Shown here piece by piece: positions 60,211 through 64,000 of a DNA stretch of 64,000 bases. The number at the start of each line of letters is the position of its first letter. Within the stretch, counting starts at the first letter, position 1. Location: the NCBI GenBank assembly GCA_963705305.1, contig OY970067.1:1984001-2048000 (forward strand), written 5' to 3'. The notes under the pieces were generated by a model that saw only the letters and a list, made by a program, of their open reading frames with translations, had not been told where the DNA came from and made no database searches. The position numbers and the translations under genes are program-made. The DNA comes from an uncultured Methylomirabilota bacterium. Lineage in GTDB: Bacteria > Methylomirabilota > Methylomirabilia > Methylomirabilales > 2-02-FULL-66-22.

Positions 60211-60669
60211 ATGGAGCGCTACTACGAGGACATGCAAGTGGGGGAGGAGTACCAGTCGCCCGCCCGCACCATCACGGAGGCGGACATCGTGAGCTTTGCG
60301 GCGCTCTCGGGCGATTGGAACGCGGTGCACTGCGACGAGGAGTACTGCAAGACCACCCCCTACAAAACCCGCATCGCCCACGGGCTCCTCGGCCTGGCCA
60401 TCGCCGAGGGACTGAAGTTCCGCCTGCCGGAGTTCGCCACCGCCCGCTACGTGGCGTCCTTGTACTGGAACTACAAATTCACCGGCCCGATCCTGATCGG
60501 AGACACCATCCGGGTGCGGGTCCGGGTCCAGAGCAAGCGGGAGACGAAGAGGCCGGATCGCGGCATCGTGGTGGAGTACGTCTCCATGCTCAACCAGCGG
60601 AACGAGGTGGTCCAGGAGGGAGAGCACGGGCTGATGGTGTGGCGGCGGGCGGCAGAAAATGCAAAATGA
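60211..60669 (+). CDS. MaoC-family (R)-hydratase/dehydratase
   Basis: FAALSGDWNAVH, RIAHG and F..P..IGDT motifs. Confidence 0.92.
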   Translation: MERYYEDMQVGEEYQSPARTITEADIVSFAALSGDWNAVHCDEEYCKTTPYKTRIAHGLLGLAIAEGLKFRLPEFATARYVASLYWNYKFTGPILIGDTIRVRVRVQSKRETKRPDRGIVVEYVSMLNQRNEVVQEGEHGLMVWRRAAENAK

Positions 60670-60736
60670 AGAACCGGCAATGCCGCACCGACAGCGCAAG
60701 ACCGGTTGATGGTTCGCCGAGATTGGGGAGGCGCAG

Positions 60737-61879
60737 ATGAATTTCAACCTGACGGATGAGCAGCGGATGCTGCGAGACACGGTGCGGGAGTTTGCGGAAA
60801 GAGAGATCAAGCCGCGGGCGGCGGAGATCGACCGCACCGACGAGTTTCCCCGGGACCTCTGGCGCCGCCTGGCCGAGCTGGGCATCCTGGGAATGACCCT
60901 GCCGCCCGAGTACGGCGGGGCCGGCATGGACACGGTCTGCTGGGCCGTCGCCCAGGAGGAGATGGCCCGGGCCTCGGTGGCGGTGGCCGACATTCAATTG
61001 CTGGCCAAGCTGATGCAGGACGTGATCCTGAAGAACGGCACGGATGCGCAGAAGCAAAAGTACCTGCCCGCCATGGCGCGGGGAGAGAAGATCTGCGTCA
61101 TCGCCCAGACGGAGCCCGGCGCGGGCTCGGACGTGGCGGCCGTCCAGACGACGGCCCGGCCGGACGGGGACGGATACGTCCTGAACGGCACCAAACGGTT
61201 CATCACCTGCGCCATGCTGGCCGACCTGGCCGTGGTCGTGGCCACGGTGGACAAGAGCAAGGGGCGGCAGGGGATCACGCTCTTTCTGGTGGAGAAGGGG
61301 ACGCCGGGGTTCGCGCCGGGCTCCAAGGAGCACCTCATGGGAGTCCGGGGCATGGCCACCGGAGAGGTGGTGCTCGATAACTGCCGGGTGAGCCGGGAAT
61401 GCCTGCTGGGAGGCGAGGGCGAAGGGTTCAAGCGCGCCATGATGTCTCTGGACACCGGCCGGATCGGGATCGGTTGCCAGGCGCTGGGGCTGGCGCAGGC
61501 CGCCATGGAGGAGGCCGTGCGCTACGCCAAGCAGCGCACGGCGTTCGGCGGTCCCATCGCCAACCTCCAAGGGATCCAATTCAAGCTGGCGGACATGTCG
61601 GCCGGCATCGAGGCCGCCCGCCTGCGCCTGCGGCACACGGCCTGGCTGAAGGATCAGGGGCGGACCATCATCCGGGAGGCGGCGGAGGCCAAGCTCCTGG
61701 CATCCGACCTGGCGGTCAAGGTGACCGGCGAGGCTCTCCAGATCCACGGGGCGTACGGCTACAGCACGGACTTCCCCGTCGAGCGCATGTACCGCGAGGC
61801 CAAGGTCTACCAGATCTGGGAGGGGACCAGCGAGATCCAGCGTGTGGTCATTGCGCGGCAGCTCCTGAAGGAATACTAG
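60737..61879 (+). CDS. Acyl-CoA dehydrogenase
   Basis: TEPGAGSD, NGTKRFIT, R.AFG.PI, QIHG.YG and IWEGTSEIQ motifs. Confidence 0.95.
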   Translation: MNFNLTDEQRMLRDTVREFAEREIKPRAAEIDRTDEFPRDLWRRLAELGILGMTLPPEYGGAGMDTVCWAVAQEEMARASVAVADIQLLAKLMQDVILKNGTDAQKQKYLPAMARGEKICVIAQTEPGAGSDVAAVQTTARPDGDGYVLNGTKRFITCAMLADLAVVVATVDKSKGRQGITLFLVEKGTPGFAPGSKEHLMGVRGMATGEVVLDNCRVSRECLLGGEGEGFKRAMMSLDTGRIGIGCQALGLAQAAMEEAVRYAKQRTAFGGPIANLQGIQFKLADMSAGIEAARLRLRHTAWLKDQGRTIIREAAEAKLLASDLAVKVTGEALQIHGAYGYSTDFPVERMYREAKVYQIWEGTSEIQRVVIARQLLKEY

Positions 61880-62125
61880 CCCTGAACCGACAGAGCCATT
61901 TAACCGCCCTGACGCCAAGGCTCTCCAGGTTATGGATCCCGGCGGCTTTTATTCAAGGTACTGGAGCGCACGAGGGGACGTAAGGCGCTTCCCGTCCTTT
62001 GGCATTTTGCCCTTTCCAGCCAATGTATTCCGGCTACCCAACGCGTGCGTTGGGTGTCCTTGGCGGTGAGGTGTTTTCGGAAGGAGTTGGGAGGGCCGCC
62101 GGAGCCGATGACAGCGGGTTTTCGC

Positions 62126-62180
62126 TTGACACGGCCGGGGGGCTGCTGATAGGGGTGAAAGCCGTTGAAAGCGTTTCCAA
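62126..62180 (+). promoter_or_regulatory. Promoter plus LacI-type operator
   Basis: TTGACA-18-TAGGGG; quasi-palindrome TTGAAAGCGTTTCCAA at 62165-62180. Confidence 0.7.
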
Positions 62181-62204
62181 GTTCTTTCAACCCGAGGAGC
62201 GGCC

Positions 62205-63362
62205 GTGGCCGACCGGACCGCTGAAAACCGCCCGCCTACCATCGGCAACGTCGCTCGCAGGGCCGGGGTCTCTCCCGCCACCGTCTCCCGCGTGATCAAC
62301 GATCGCCCCAATGTCCGGCCCGCGGTGCGGGCCAAGGTTCAGCAGACCATGCGCCGCCTCGGCTACCGTCCGGATCAGGTGGCCCGGGGGCTGGTTCGCC
62401 GGGAGACCAGGACGCTCGGATTGATGACGCCCGATCTGCCCAACCCGTTCGGCGCGGAGACCGCCACGGCCATCCTGGAGACGGCGCGCGGTCACGGCTA
62501 CAGCGTCGTCCTCTGCAACATCGACAACCTGCCCCGCCTGCAGGAGGAATCGGTGGAGGTCCTGCTGCGACGCCGGGTGGACGGGATCCTGATCGGCAGC
62601 GCGTTCCTGGATGACCCGGTTGTGGAGAAGCTGCTAGACACCCGCGTCCCGTGCATGATGTACAGCCGGCGCCTGCGCTCCGGGCGCGGGAACTACGTCG
62701 TGCTGGACAACGTCAAGGCGGGGTACGACCTCACCCGGCACCTCCTCACCCTCGGCCACCGGCGGATCGGGTTCGTGGGGAGCCGCCCCGAGCTCTCCAC
62801 CGCCAGCGAGCGCCTCCAGGGGTACCGGCAGGCGCTGGCCGAGGCGGGGCTGCCGGCGGATCCGGAGCTGGTCCGGCCCTCGGCGACCAAGTCCGAGATC
62901 GCCTACCAGATGGCCGTGGACCTTCTCAAAGCGCCAGACCGGCCGACGGCCATTGTGGCGCGGACCGACCTGATCGCCCTGAGCGTCATGGAGGCGGCGG
63001 CGGATCTCGGGATGCGGGTCCCCGGCGATCTGGCCGTGGTGGGCGTGGACGATATCCGGATCGCGGCACACCGGCGCATCCAGCTCACCACGGTCTCGCA
63101 GCAGCGGGCCGAGATGGGCCAACTGGCGGTGAGCTGGCTGCTGGAGATCATCCGCGATCCGGATCGATTTGCGCGGACGCCCTTCCAGCATGTCCTGGCC
63201 CCGACCCTGATCGTTCGGGGGAGCTGCGGGGCGCTGCCCGGTTCTGTGTTGAACGCCGTCCCGAGCGGAGAGAAGCGGGAGCTCCTGTCCGCCCCGAACC
63301 TGATTGCTATGGCGGATGCCACGGGGGCAGGGGTTCCGGCGGGTCGTCACCCCCGGTCATAA
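62205..63362 (+). CDS. LacI-family transcriptional regulator (paralog of 55678-56745)
   Basis: TIGNVARRAGVSPATVSRVIN HTH; shares RPDQVAR, RRETRTLGL and RRLRSGRGNY with the upstream LacI. Confidence 0.95.
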   Translation: MADRTAENRPPTIGNVARRAGVSPATVSRVINDRPNVRPAVRAKVQQTMRRLGYRPDQVARGLVRRETRTLGLMTPDLPNPFGAETATAILETARGHGYSVVLCNIDNLPRLQEESVEVLLRRRVDGILIGSAFLDDPVVEKLLDTRVPCMMYSRRLRSGRGNYVVLDNVKAGYDLTRHLLTLGHRRIGFVGSRPELSTASERLQGYRQALAEAGLPADPELVRPSATKSEIAYQMAVDLLKAPDRPTAIVARTDLIALSVMEAAADLGMRVPGDLAVVGVDDIRIAAHRRIQLTTVSQQRAEMGQLAVSWLLEIIRDPDRFARTPFQHVLAPTLIVRGSCGALPGSVLNAVPSGEKRELLSAPNLIAMADATGAGVPAGRHPRS

Positions 63363-63380
63363 CGAATGCAGGAGGAAGGT

Positions 63381-63923
63381 ATGGCGGGAGAAATGGAATC
63401 CGCAGTGACGGCCGCGAACCGCCTGGAGCGGCGATCGGCTCTCCGGATCGCTTTTGGTCTCTTCGACGGGCTCTGCGATGCCACATCCATCCTGATCCTC
63501 TGGGGGACCGTCGTGGTGGTCTTCCTCCAGATCATGGCGCGGTATGTCTTCAAGGTGCCGCTGGTGTGGACGGAGGAGGTGGCACGCTTTGCCTTCATAT
63601 GGCTGGCGTTCGTGGGCGTCGCCGTCACGGAGCGCCAGAACGCACACTTTCGGGTCACCTTCTTGGTGGAGAAGGCCCCGCCTCGGCTGCGCTTCGCCAT
63701 CTGGATTCTCGTCGAGCTGTGCATTCTGGTCACCCTGGTCCTCTTCTTCTTTGAAGCCATCAAGTACACGAAGCTGGGGGCGCAGAACGTCTCGGCCGTC
63801 ATGCAGCTGCACCTGAGCTACATCTATGCGTCCCTGCCGGTCTTCGTGGTGCTCGCCCTCATCAACCGGCTGCGAATGGATATCAAAAAGCTGCGGAGCG
63901 GAACCGACAATCCGTTTGCGTAA
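63381..63923 (+). CDS. dctQ: TRAP transporter small permease
   Basis: QIMARYVF..PL.WTEEVAR..FIW..F.G motif; four transmembrane segments; start uncertain. Confidence 0.9.
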   Translation: MAGEMESAVTAANRLERRSALRIAFGLFDGLCDATSILILWGTVVVVFLQIMARYVFKVPLVWTEEVARFAFIWLAFVGVAVTERQNAHFRVTFLVEKAPPRLRFAIWILVELCILVTLVLFFFEAIKYTKLGAQNVSAVMQLHLSYIYASLPVFVVLALINRLRMDIKKLRSGTDNPFA

Positions 63924-63941
63924 GGCTCAGGAGGGGCCGAC

Positions 63942-64000
63942 GTGGAGACCGCCACTGTCGTTTTGGTCCTGTTCTTCGGCACGATGCTGATGGGCATGCC
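63942..64000 (+). CDS. dctM: TRAP transporter large permease, 5' end only
   Basis: GGAGG RBS, GTG start and hydrophobic LF...LMGMP N-terminus directly after dctQ. Confidence 0.7.
   Translation, partial: METATVVLVLFFGTMLMGM

Overview
A GC-rich bacterial chromosomal segment with no rRNA, tRNA or CRISPR array detected by eye. It is mostly catabolic and housekeeping genes. These include CoA-transferases, dehydrogenases, ABC and TRAP transport, an aldehyde:ferredoxin oxidoreductase, a DEAD-box helicase and two LacI-controlled operons. Two features stand out. (1) A candidate gas/redox-sensing circuit controlling Fe-S biogenesis (19943-31374). It runs ygfZ-like gene, then a histidine kinase with an RsbR-like helical N-terminal domain and a DosS/DevS-like heme GAF, then an NtrC-type sigma-54 activator. 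Next come tandem palindromic enhancer sites, an IHF-like site and a -24/-12 promoter, followed by an atypical receiver gene and sufBCDSU-sufT-ferredoxin. (2) Two copies, 1323 bp apart, of a ~215-bp module: a helically phased DnaA-box array directly upstream of a sigma-70-like promoter and a small ORF starting MPTDPxYSPG. The intact copy encodes a 72-aa Zn-finger protein. The window also holds an internally deleted ISL3 remnant, a MITE-like element, REP-like repeats, two frameshifted genes, a DUF4258/DUF2283 toxin-antitoxin-like pair and a MoaD with a masked Gly-Gly. All family assignments come from motif recognition by eye, not database searches, and many start codons are estimates.
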